Positions 12,031 to 23,949 of a stretch of DNA of 64,000 bases are shown here, piece after piece. The DNA is taken from NCBI RefSeq assembly GCF_006345805.1, contig NC_042999.1:158720001-158784000 (forward strand), written 5' to 3'. Within the stretch, counting starts at the first letter, position 1. Every line of letters starts with the position of its first letter. The notes beneath the pieces were generated by a model that made no database searches, had not been told where the DNA came from, and saw only the letters and a program-made list of their open reading frames with translations. Source of the DNA: Octopus sinensis. Lineage: Eukaryota. A program made the translations under genes and the position numbers.

Positions 12031-12280
12031 ATACACGTGACTTCATTCTGCCTTCAGTGCATTGAAGTTTTTCTCTTGTTATTTGCATCAGATTTTATCG
12101 AATAAAGAAAGTCTCATTCCGCATTCAGCTGCTATTGAGAGCTCAGTCAAGATGGTTGTCTGTTAATTTAATTTTAGCCTACTGGCGCATATTTTTGCTT
12201 AATGGAGACCTAAAACGTCTCCATTAAACAAAAATATTAGCAGGTAACGCTGGGTGCTTGGTTTCAGCCGGCGATATCTG

Positions 12281-12780
12281 GAGCTGGCAGAATCGTTAGC
12301 ACGCCGGGCGAAATGGTATCTCGTCTGCCGCTATGTTCTGAGTTCAAATTCCGCCGAGGTCGACTTTGCCTTTCATCCTTTAGAGGTCGATTAAATAAGT
12401 ACCTATTTCTTTATTACCCACAAGGGGCTAAACACAGAGCGGACAAACAAGGACAGGCATAGGTATTAAGTCGATTACATCGACCCCAGTGCGTAACTGG
12501 TACTTAATTTATCGACCCCGAAAGGATGAAAGGCAAAGTCGACCTCGGCGGGATTTTGAACTCACAACGTAACGCAGACGAAATACCACTAAGCATTTCG
12601 CCCTGCGTGCTAACGTTTCTGCCAGCTCGCCGCCTTCTGCCAGCTCGCCGCCTTCTGCCAGCTCGCAGATTAAATAAGTACCAGTTACGCACTGGGGTCG
12701 ATATATAATCGACTTAATCCGTTTGTCTGTCCTTGTTTGTCCTCTCTGTGTTTAGCCCCTTGTGGGTAGTAAAGAAATAG
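12281..12780 (+). mobile_element. Family-1 SINE (outer), interrupted by an inverted copy of the same family
   Basis: 5' part 12281-12402 and 3' part 12682-12780; flanking GATATCTG at 12273-80 and 12780-87 is a probable TSD. Confidence 0.9.
12403..12666 (-). mobile_element. Family-1 SINE (inner, antisense) with 14-bp TSD
   Basis: GATTAAATAAGTAC at 12389-12402 and 12668-12681 flanks a complete reverse copy whose 5' end has three tandem TTCTGCCAGCTCGC(CGCC) units. Confidence 0.92.
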
Positions 12781-14509
12781 ATATCTGATTATTGAGGCAG
12801 ATGTAAAAAGGAAATTTTATTAACCCGTTTCGAACCAGTATTGTCTATGGTGGAAAATACAAATATAATTTAAACTCTTAAAATTTGAAAGGTTAAACCT
12901 TGTAGTTCAGTTCCTAAATTAAACACTGCGTTTATATTTGAGAGGCAGAACTCAAAATAAAAGCATTCTCTTCATAAAGTTCTGTATAAAATTGCTTTAA
13001 AACCAATTTTCCTGAAAAAATACTGTCTCTAATGAATGTTCTTTTACCGTCTAAATGTTTAAAGTATGACGATGTATGGTAATTAATTATAACAATTGCC
13101 TGGTTATTGTTGCTGTGTAGCTCCAGATCCACTATGAGAGTATGGTTGGGTAGTCGAGTGAAAGATGAAATGTCACTCTATATCCGTCTTCTCAATTACT
13201 CAATGTCTCCGGTTACATAAGTTTCGCACTGCACAATTTAACATGGGATCATGATACTATTTTTATATTGAATTATCTCCATTTTTCACTATATTTATTG
13301 CGGTGGCGGCTACAGCAGAGAAAAGCAAAATAGATTCGGTGAGAGTACGACAGTTCTTCTTCCTCTGCACTGCTACTGTTAGATGAATATATTTCAGGTT
13401 GCGGTGTCGTCTATTCGACCACTTGTTTAACTCATGATATATACACATCAATGAAACTCTTTTTTCCTTTATTACGAAGTCTCCTCCATTGTGACAGATT
13501 TTGTTTAACTGGATACAAAGCATTTAAATCATGGATTGTTCTGCTATGGGGTAGAAAAACGATTTCTCAGTTATTGATACTTAAGTGTCATGTGTGGTTT
13601 GGAAATATTTCTCTGCATCTAAGGTGCTTTTCATGCCATTAATGATTTACTAAGAAATATTTTAAACTTTTTATCATCTTTACACACATTTCTGGTAATA
13701 TTGTGCGTCCTTGTTTTACCTGTAATGTGTTTTTGTGAATATTTCAAAAACAAATTTTAAGTAGTTTTCGTGAGCAACGTAAGACATCTGAACATTTTCC
13801 TGCATGAAATGGGTATTAAAATATTCCAGGGCTTTTAAAGGAGAAATATTAAAGGGGTGTTATGTGAATATAGTACAATAAAAGCGAAGTGAATATCAAT
13901 AGCAGAGTGCCATAAATATATTTGAAAAATTGAGAAAGTAATACTGAATATCATATATATATATATATATATATATATAGGAGGAATTCTAGAATTCCAA
14001 CCACATTTCGTGGTTCGCTACCTCACAGCTCTTTTATAGGATCCGGTGGCTAAAGAGATCATCAGGAGGAACCACGTCCGGTTTCGGCCCCTACTCCTCT
14101 ACCGCGTTCGACGTGGCGTGGCCCGCTTTTTGGGGGTGTCTTCAGCTCTGGAGTTGAGTGCGTTTCTACTTCCGCTTTTTTCTTTTGTTCTTTGGTTTTT
14201 TTGATGCAACGTCAACGAATGTCAGCAGGCGACTGACCATCTTGCAAATGTCTGTATAAATATTCGCCGGTGGGCTTCAACAGCCAGCACCAGCTAACTG
14301 TCACGTGATACTGTCTAAGCTTCAACTGACCAGTGGAGGGGAAGGGCGCGTAGTTTTAGCCCACGCTCTCTCTAAACTTGCCTCCCAAGAGTGTCATGTT
14401 AGTTTCAGTTCCAGCAGGCGGAGCCAACCAGCTGTTTAGTGGCAAAAGCTTTCCTACCATGAGGAGGGCGCGCTATGAAGGAGATCGCTACTTGAGCCCA
14501 CCTGTTAAT

Positions 14510-16735
14510 TAGCTTTAATTGAGGTGATGCCTGCCGATGCAAGGACATCTGTGTTCGGAGTAAAAGAACTCCATTTAATTTTTTTAAATCGATGAAGGCA
14601 TTCTTGGTGGAATAGTTCTAACAGTTTAAAATGCCTTTCATAACAAGTCCAAGTTTCTCAGGAATGCAACATGGATGATAAGACAAATGATTTGAAAAGA
14701 ACCAGCTTTGTATTCTTATTTATATGTCGCTGGCACCAAACGCGTGACTCCAAGTCACCAAATGCTTTTGCTGCTCTTTGAATTCGCAGCTGTATTTCTG
14801 TATCGAGATTTCCCTCATTTTGACCAGAGCTTCCAAGGTAGACGAACGAATCAATAATCGCAAGTAACACCCTTATCAAAATTTTGGTGGGGTTATAAAC
14901 AGCACAAGACGCGAGTTGATGAATTACAACTGTTTTTTTTTTCAAGTTGATGGTCAAGCCAAAATCATCACAAGCTGAATCACATGCAGATACAAGAGAT
15001 TGCAGACCTGTTTCAGAATGACTGACAAGACCGCAATCGTCAGCATGCAAAGTTTCTCTAATGAGTGAAGTAAAAATCTGCGTTTTGAATTTCAGTCAGG
15101 TCAGATTAAAAACTTCCCCTGTTGTTCGATATTTCATGTAAATACCCTCCTTGGAATTTTGAAAAGCATGTGACAACACAACAGTATATTGCAAAGAGGG
15201 TGGGTGAATCAAAGTCTCATTGCGTTACTCCATTTTCCACAACAAAATTTCAGAGAGCCTACCACCAAAATTAAGTCTAGCTTTCATAGTTTGATGCAAA
15301 GCCATGACCATGTTTACAAAATTTTCTAGGTAACCTATTTTCTTTAGAATTAGCCACAGAGAATTTCGATTAACAGTATCGAATGCTTTGTTCAAGGGCA
15401 AGATTCTGTTCAATGCACTTTTCCTGTAATTGTCTGACAGTAAAGATACAATCTTCTGTGCACCTGGAGGAACGAAAATCACACTGAGACACAGACACTA
15501 TATTTGGAATTATGAAGGTATTTAAACGTTCTAACAAAATGCGTGCAAGTACTTTTCCAACCACAGACAAAAGCTAAATCTTACGAAAATTACCACACAG
15601 ATCCTTTGGACCCAATTTATACAACGAGACTAAAATAGCAGCAGTCCAGTCTTGAGGCACTTTCTCAGTTCTCCAACAGTGACAAATTAATATATTTAAG
15701 AGTTCAAACATTTTATCACCCCATATTTCAAGACTTTTGCGCAGATTCCATCAGATCCTGGAGACTTATTGTTATTCAGCTTATTCACAGCTAAATAAAT
15801 ATCATTTAGAGTTGGTTCAAATACCATCTCTTCTATAGCTGGAAGGTGTTCACTTTTTTCTATCATCGTCATGTCACCGGATGATGTTCTATTCAAAATT
15901 GCAGAAAAAATTCTACCCAACGCTTATGAATAGAAGTGCTGTCAGTCGGAAGAAAATGCCCATTTGCTGTTCACACTGGAGCTGTTGAGGAAGATTTTGG
16001 GCCATATGCTTTTCTAACATAAGAGTACAAACCCTTGCCATCATTTCTATCAGCTGCTTCTTGTGATCCTTTTGCTCTATCATTCTACCATCCTTGTTTA
16101 ATTTTCCTTAGAGCAGACTGCATTTTCCTTTTCAGTTTTCTGTAAGTTTCGTTTGATTTAGGGCTCAAGGACTGAGAAAGAAGTGTATTGCCTAAGTTTC
16201 GTTTTTCTAAAAGTGGACCATGAATTTCTGTTGATCTCTCTGAGAACCAGTCACTGGATTTATGAGAGTTAAATCCCCCTGACAAACTTGTAGCCTGAAA
16301 TTCTTTCGCTTCGAAATCTTCCCATAGATTGTTTGGGTCAAGATTGATACTTTCTATAGCATCGTGGAATGTTTGCAAGTTACTTCATGATTTAAAGTTT
16401 CCAACATTTACCTTTTTGGGTACCCTAGAACCAGACTGTCGATTTGTAGGCATTATCGAAAAATCTATTTTCCACTAGATGATGGTCAGTCCAGCTCTCT
16501 ATCCCTCTCATGACCCGAACGCAAGAAACTTCTTTCATATCACGTTTCCTGATCAGAATATAATCTATGAGATGCCAGTGGTTAGATCTTGGGTGCATCC
16601 AGGTGGTTATTTATTTATATTTCAACCTAAACACAGTGTTGGTAACAACCAGTTTATTCTCAGTACAAAACATCAAAAGATCTACTCCATTTTTATTGCA
16701 TTTTCCAATCCCATATCATCGTAAAACAGGCCATA
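14510..16735 (-). mobile_element. Degraded RTE (BovB-like) LINE: endonuclease 3' half and RT
   Basis: YGIGKCNKNG...TWMHPRSNHWHLIDYIL...TDHHLV; KSPGSDGI; VVGKVLARILLERL...QCDFRSSRCTEDCIFTVRQLQEKCIEQN; KAFDTVNR; HADD; FVYLGS; PNTDVLASAGITSI. Multiple frameshifts. Confidence 0.92.
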
Positions 16736-17220
16736 CATATTGATTAATTAGTTGTTATTTTGTATTAAACCTTCTAAAAATTTAAATTAAAAAAACAGCG
16801 GGAACTTAGTTGCCAACCCAATAGATGACTTTTCTAATTAAATACCACCTAAGTTGCGTCTACTAGATGTGTGTATATGTGTGAGTATGTGTTTGTGTGC
16901 GTGCAGGTGGGGAAAAGGAAGCAAATATGGTTTATGACAGAATATGGTTTATGACAGAGAAATTGGAAGTTATCATATGACAGAAACAGATATATAAAAG
17001 TGAAACTAATATATCAATAAATGTCCGAAAGCTGCAACGTCTCGTATTTCGACGTTAGTTTAAATAGATTGACAAGAAATTCAGTTATACATAGTAGAAG
17101 AAGAGTATAAAATAGACCAAGTTTTGCGTAAGTAAAGGCTCGGTTTCGTCTGAAGTCAATCTAGATGTCATATGATCTTTCAAATCACATTCAATGTCCA
17201 ATGAAGGGAAGATTAATTTA

Positions 17221-18452
17221 TTTCAGGTCATCCCATAAGTTCTGTCCGATTTTACCTTTTTTTTTAAATTGAATGAAATTCAATAGTATTTTAGGATGTC
17301 TCATTGGAATTAAAATTTATTTTTATGCATTTGTGTACATTTAAACTAATCAAATATTATTTTGCAGAATAATAGAAGTAACATTTCTTTGATTAAAACC
17401 CTTTCTAACATGGAAGCATCTGAAGAGCATTTGAGGCACATAATGCTTTATGAGTATAAAAATGGAAACTCTGCAGCCAAAGCGACATCAAAAAACATTC
17501 ACTCAGTTTATGGGAAAGAATGCTCGAATGAAAGAACTTGCAGAAGATGGTTTGCAAGATTCAGAAGTGGAGATTTCAGCCTTGAAGATGAAGATCGAAC
17601 AGGACTTCCAGTTGATATTAAGCTCCTTGGGACATTATCAGTTGAAGAATTGGCAGTAAAGCTTAGTTCAAACCATACAAATATTCATCGTCATCTTCAA
17701 CATCTTGGAAAGGTTCCTAAACTTGGAAAATGGGTGCCTCATGAATTGTCTGAAAGCAACTGCAAATTCCGAGTTGGCATCTGGTCTTCTCTCCATCCTC
17801 GCGAAATCATTTCACCCTTTTTGGATAGACTTGTGACTGGTGACAAAATTGAATCTTCTATCGAAGTGTTAAACGTCGTAAACAGAGAAGGGGACTTCAT
17901 GGGAAAAAGGTTTTTCTGTCTATCTGGTGGGATTGAAAAGGAGTAATTCACTTTTTATTGTTACCACCTAATTCAACAATCAATGCTCAAGTCTGCTGTC
18001 AGCAATTAGAGCGTTTGAAGCAAGCTTTGAAGAAAAAAAACCCGCCTTAGTGAATCGAAAAGGAATGGTTTCATCAGGACAATGCACGACCCCACACTGC
18101 AAAGATCACATCACAGAAGATCGAAGAGCTTGGTTGGGAAACAATTCCTCATCCACCTTATTCTCCCGACATTGCTCCTTCACGCTACCATTTGTTTCGT
18201 AGTTTACAGAATCATTTGGGGGACATAACTTTTGCAAGCCAGGAGGAGGTCGACTCTGACATTGTAGAGTTCTTCGCTTTGAAACCAAAAGAGCTTTCCA
18301 CTGATTGGATTAAAAAGCTTGTAAATAGATAGAAGGAAGTCATAGATAATTAGGGAATGGTTCGTTGATGATTAAATTTCAATTAAATATAACATTTGAT
18401 CACTTGTTTTCTTTATTCAAAATTCGGACAGAACTTATGGGATGACCTGATA
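17221..18452 (+). mobile_element. Near full-length defective mariner (DD34D type) with both TIRs
   Basis: 27-bp TIR TCAGGTCATCCCATAAGTTCTGTCCGA at 17223-49 and its reverse complement at 18424-50, TA flanks; MEASEEHLRHIMLYEY..., WVPHEL, VTGD, HQDNARPH, YSPDIAPS(R)YH with the third catalytic D replaced; frameshifts and deletions. Confidence 0.95.
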
Positions 18453-18699
18453 TATAACACATGTTATTTACACTGTTTTCATTTAGTTTTAATTATATAT
18501 TTATCATATTTAACTATATATTCAATTCCTTGTCTCCTCGTGAAGACTCTTCTAGATAGATATTTCTTGTTTATATTCTCCACACAATTTGTTCTCTGAT
18601 AATTTGCATAAAAGGGGGAAAAAGACATAGAATATACCATCCCAAGATATTTTTTTTTAAATCAGAAAATATAAACTTCTTTATGGCTGCTGAGATAAG

Positions 18700-18850
18700 A
18701 GTTTACTCAAAATAACCGTCCTCACCTTCCTCCACGGCCTCAAGAAGGCTCTGGAGCCTGACGCGTGTCCCACACATAGTAACACAAGGAATTGCAATCG
18801 GGGGAATTAGGAAGCCAGAAACTGGATTTGGGGTAGTCCTAGAAATTCTC
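18700..18850 (-). mobile_element. Tc1/IS630-like transposase relic
   Basis: The minus strand reads FWLPNSPDCNSLCYYVW, resembling the WPPxSPDLNPLDY motif. Confidence 0.5.
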
Positions 18851-18859
18851 CGACAGCCA

Positions 18860-20050
18860 CTTATAAGTCTTTCCTAAGGTATGGCAAGGAGCCGAATCTT
18901 TCTGCCACACGTCTTACTGACTTTACAATGTCCACAGAGTACTGAGTAGCAGAGAAGCGCCGAAAAGAGACATTTTGGGGGCATCATAGCCCATTCGAAT
19001 AAAGAGTTTGTCTTTGTAGTCGCAGAACCGGAAAGACTCGAGTATCTAGGAGCACGTCCTACTGGTCATGTCAACTTCCTTGTTTACACGGGCACTCCAG
19101 CTTAAGTTGTTGTCGAACTTTACTCCGAGTTTCTGACCGGTGTTTGATGCCACGAGGTTTTCGCCTGAGACAAGAATGTATGATGGCCTAAGTGCGGTCT
19201 CTTTGCCGAAGTGGATTAATTCAAATTTATTCTCGTTTAACTGCATATTTTGTTCTTAAGCTCATTGGATAAAAAGCGAGATATACGATTGGAGATATGT
19301 TCGGTCACCTATCCTGCTGACGACCTTCAGAATCTTAGAGCCATCCGCGAAAATTCTGATGTTGCTGTGTTTGATGACATCAATAATGTCATTCGTGTAA
19401 ATAATGAAGACGAGTGGGTTGGATACAGTGTTTTTTAGGACTCTAATGATGACTCTTGTCGAGCATAATCAAACACCACATACTTGGTTCTGTTCGCCAT
19501 AAAGCATCAAATACATTTTAATAGTTTCTTTAATAGTATGTTGTGACCAACCTTGTTAAAGGCCCTGCTGAAGTAAAGATATATGACATCTGCACTGGAA
19601 CCTTCTCCTATGGCCTTTAAGGTGTCGCCAAAGTAATATAGTATCTGTATTAAGCAGTCTCTATTCTTTCAAAAACCATAATAGTTGGGGATAAATAGGT
19701 TGTTGCATTCCCCGAAGTGAGTTACACTCTCAAATAATTTGATAATATGAGAGGTAAGTGAGATCGGTCGGTAAACCCCTACTAGCGATTTGTTGCCCTT
19801 TTGAAAACTGGAACAATCAAATGGGACGGGAGATTATGGAGAATGTATCCAGCGTCCAGTGATTTCCTCCAGAGAATAGTTAAAGGGAATGCAAGTAGAT
19901 GCTGGGAGTCCTTTAGGACTCTAGCAAGGAATATCGGGACCCGCAATTGGGTTGTTTGTAATTTTGTTGACAGCTGCTATGGAATGCGGGTACCAAATGA
20001 TATATTGGATAGATTGTGCTGAGAATTTGTTTCTCTGCAAATTGTCATAC
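18860..20050 (-). mobile_element. Degraded CR1/L2-group LINE RT
   Basis: LAFPLTILWRKSLDAG...IVPVFKR...RPISLTSHIIKLFE; NDIIDVIKHSNIRIFADGSKI; MQLNENKFELIHFGK...KLGVKFDNNLSWSARVNK. Confidence 0.85.
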
Positions 20051-20499
20051 AAAAAGTATACATTTTAATAAAACTAATAATGAACGAAATTCAGGAAGGA
20101 GAAACTGATTCGAAATTACTCGTACACTTTGATTTGTTTCTCTGACGATCTCGAGATTAATAATATTGAGATCCTGAATGCGGAGCAGTATTGCTTCTGC
20201 AGAACCTCAACCACATATTCTGAACAATTATGAGGAACGTTGCCTTTATCAATCACAGGTCAGATAGATGAGACAGTGACTTTATGCTTTTTAGCCAATA
20301 TGAACACTTTGGTATTGAATTTTATTTTCTCAGTGGCCCACTTCTCTTCTACTTTTCTTTGACTATTGATGACAGTCTTCATGCACTTTTGAAGATTATG
20401 TTTATTTGATTCCAGTAAAGTCATTTGTCAAGTGGTTTAGTGTTGCAGCTGGCAATATTTCAATTTGTTGATTTGTCGATTATTCCTTTTTATTTTCCT

Positions 20500-21050
20500 C
20501 AATAATGTTTTTCCTGTTTCGGGATAAACTGTATTTAGTTTTGCTTATGGTACGTAGTGAAGTGTTGTGTGAATATATATTTGCGACAATCTCCATTAAT
20601 AGTAGATGGGATGAATTTATGCTGCTTCGTGTGAGAGAGTATGTGAGAGATAAATCCAGAAGTGAAAAATCGTGAGTGACTGCATTCCAGGAAGCATTGT
20701 GGAACATCCATGGCGTCAAAAGAGTGCGTCATTGAGTGAATTTTGGATGCCAGGATTTCAGGCAACAGAAAACCATATCCTGGTCGGAAAGAAGAGTTTT
20801 TCTTCCACTGTAGAATTGTGGATAGCATTAGTAGGGTTTCTTAACAATAAACCCACTGTGCATTTGTTTAACCTCGTTGCATAAGCATGGGTTGAGACGG
20901 GAAAATTTAACCATTGATTTCACTGCTACTTTGTCCGGATTTGAGATGTACAGACCTGTTTTTAAAATATCTGTAAACCAGTGACCACAGTGGAAATTGA
21001 AGTCACTCATCCTTCAAATATTTTCAAAATGGCACAGTTGGATGAAAGAT
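20500..21050 (-). mobile_element. Possible very old LINE endonuclease remnant
   Basis: SDFNFH motif and a downstream FISHILSH...IPS..GD stretch resemble APE GDFN/RLD/SDH motifs; heavily decayed. Confidence 0.3.
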
Positions 21051-21546
21051 TCATTTATGAGGTATTCTTTAAAATGCGGGTTGGCCTGCTGAGTCTAATT
21101 ATTGAAAAATCGTTAGTTTTATTATACACAGATACTGATTCATAAGATTTTTGTAATCTCAGTAATTGAGCCGTGTAGAAAAAGAGCAACTCCAACCTTT
21201 TGTGCAGCCAGTACCGTCTGTATGAATGGCGGTACAATTCCTCACTTTTAAGTCGGCTTCCAGTCGTGAGAATTGTCAAGATGCATCCCAGTAAAGATGA
21301 AGGAAGAAATGCGATGAGAAGGATATTTCAGAAGACATTTCTGGATGAAAACGCCAAGAATGAGACATAAAAATAAACTTTCTAAAATTAACAGCAAAAA
21401 TGGTCCTCTTTAAGCTGTTTTGATGAAACACGTTATACTCATAATACATAAATACATACATACATAATACATACATATATACATGTCTACATATTTGAGC
21501 ATGCAGAGCATATGGATATTAGTTTGAGTCACTCTGACGAAGGTAG

Positions 21547-21985
21547 GAAGCTTGTTTCCCAATCACATGGTTCCGGGTTCAATCCCACTGCGAGGAACAT
21601 TGGGCAACTATCATCTACTATAGACTCGAGCCGAACAAAGACTTGCTAGACGGAAACTGGAAAAAGTCCAGTTCCAGGTTCAGTCCCACTGCATGACATC
21701 TAGGGCATCTTTTTTTCTGCTATAGCCTCGGGCCGACCGAAGACTTGGGAAGGGCTTTGGTAGACGGAAAGCGAAAGAATTCTGCCGTGTATATATGAAT
21801 ATATTTATGTATGTGTGCGTCAGTATCTGTGTTTGTTTCTCTGCGATCATTTATCAACCGATGCTAGTTTCTGTATGTCTGTAACTTAGCGGTTCGGCAA
21901 ACGAGATCGATAGAATAAGTACTAAGCTTACAAAGAGTAAATCCTGCAGATGATTTCTTCGACTAAGGCGGTAGTGAAATGATTG
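21547..21985 (+). mobile_element. Degraded family-2 SINE with duplicated 5' half
   Basis: GGTTCAATCCCACTGCG and GGTTCAGTCCCACTGC in tandem, then TATAGCCTCGGGCCGACC and ...CGACTAAGGCGG. Confidence 0.75.
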
Positions 21986-22079
21986 AAGTAGGTAAAAGAA
22001 TATAAGAATATTATGTATGTGTGTATAAATAGATATGTATATGCATACGTATATTTGTATGCATATGTATATATATACA

Positions 22080-22129
<50 letters not shown>

Positions 22130-22159
22130 TTGTGTGTGTATGTGTGTGTTTGTGTTGTT

Positions 22160-22284
22160 GTATTTAGGAATGGTCATGTTGCCAGTTTAGCCAATAAATA
22201 AATAAAGCTGAAGCAACTTAACACCAAATATATAGTGCGTGTGTTTTTATTGGCTAAACTGGCAACATGACCATTCCTAAATAC
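22160..22284. repeat. Perfect 39-bp inverted repeat with a 47-nt spacer
   Basis: GTATTTAGGAATGGTCATGTTGCCAGTTTAGCCAATAAA (22160-98) and its exact reverse complement at 22246-84. Confidence 0.95.
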
Positions 22285-22410
22285 ATCTGCTTCAACACAC
22301 GATTTCACACGAATCTTGCAAAACAAATATATAAACGTATGTATATATATATATATATGCATACAAATATACAAATATACGTATGCATATACATATGTAT
22401 ATGCATATAT

Positions 22411-22455
<45 letters not shown>

Positions 22456-22950
22456 GCATATTGAGGTAAACGTAAGGATTAGGAAGTTAGACAAGTCACC
22501 ATATAAAGTATATATATATATATATTAATCTATCTTTGAACTTCTTTCCTTCAACACTTCAAATGTAACGTTTCTTCTCTGAAGACGGAGGCACATCTAA
22601 TCCAACGATGGAATCAATCTACAACCATTGTTTTGGACAACCGAGCAACCAGAAACACCTGCTGGATTTGTAATACTTCAACACCTTTAATTCTCTATAT
22701 CATCTGTATTCTGTTTAACTCGGACCTTTTTGTATGTAAACATACACTTTCTGTAGTCTAAATTTTTAATGTACTTTTTGATTGTCTAACTTGATTTTTC
22801 TGACTTACTTAGCCTTACATTTACATCTGTACCTGCTCAAGATGAAATCTCCTAAGCGTATGGTATACAGAGAATATCTGATATCTGATTCGCATCTATG
22901 AACAATATGTAATTCATATATGTATATGAGAATGTGTTTATGTCAGCGTG

Positions 22951-23035
<85 letters not shown>

Positions 23036-23196
23036 CTATCTATCTATCTATCTCTATCTATCTATCTCTATCTATCTATCTATCTATCTATATATCTATC
23101 TTCTCTCTCTCTCTCTATATATATATATATACACACACACATATATAAATATGCGTGTGTGTGTTTGTGCGTGTGTAGATATGCATGTATATATGT

Positions 23197-23830
23197 GTTA
23201 CATTGGAAAGAAATGAGTGTTTCGTTAATTGATATTTTTAATAAAAATATTTTCTCGCATTATTGATAACATAATCTTATCTATTTGGAAATTGCTGATC
23301 CCTCGGGTGTAAAATTGTTCAGGTTTCGAAGCAACGAATAACTTGATATCATTTGAAAATGTTTACAATAAATTAACTATTTTCGCTCAGAATACTTCTG
23401 TAATTAACTAAAACGATGATAATCACATGGAAACAACGCCAGGAGAATACAGGGAACGAAGCAGACCTTCCATAATCTATTCCTTTGTGACTTGGGCAAT
23501 ATGTGGTTTTGCATTATCGTGTAGATGCAACTTCCTTTTTCGACTCATTTCCTGCTCATTTTTGTGAAATTCTTTAAATTGACGAAAATAAGTTCTCTGC
23601 ATCAACTGTTTCGTTATGGTTTAAGTCTTTATGGTAGACTGCGAGAGAAAATTTCCCGAATGTAACTGCTAAACAAGCGGTCGGATGTCTGGACACAGAA
23701 GACTGCATTTCCATAATCAGAACAGATATTTCTTACCGTTTCCATTGCTGAAGAGCCTCTTTCAAACATGGGATTACTTTTCTTAATCCAGATATTAGAA
23801 ATACTGAGATTTTAAGTGAGAGGGGAAACA
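23197..23830 (-). mobile_element. Old mariner relic
   Basis: Minus strand: FERGSSAMETVRNICSDYGNAV; LHLHDNAKPHIAQVTK; LYSP; FASKPEQFYTRGI. These are mariner HTH, second-D and C-terminal motifs. Confidence 0.75.
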
Positions 23831-23949
23831 GACCTACTATAAAAAGCATCCAATAAACCCATCAATTTAAATAAAAAAGATAAGTAATAACAGGAAATTA
23901 GATGCTATAACCAGTAGGAATATTAGTTTACATAATACAGGTAGTGAAA

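Noticed and set aside
13983-13998. Possible heat-shock element in GGAATTCTAGAATTCC
   Set aside because: Only two correctly phased nGAAn units; three are normally needed.
22570-22680. CTGAAGA...GAAAC hammerhead-like spacing
   Set aside because: No stem III or stem I partner after GAAAC; at best a truncated relic.
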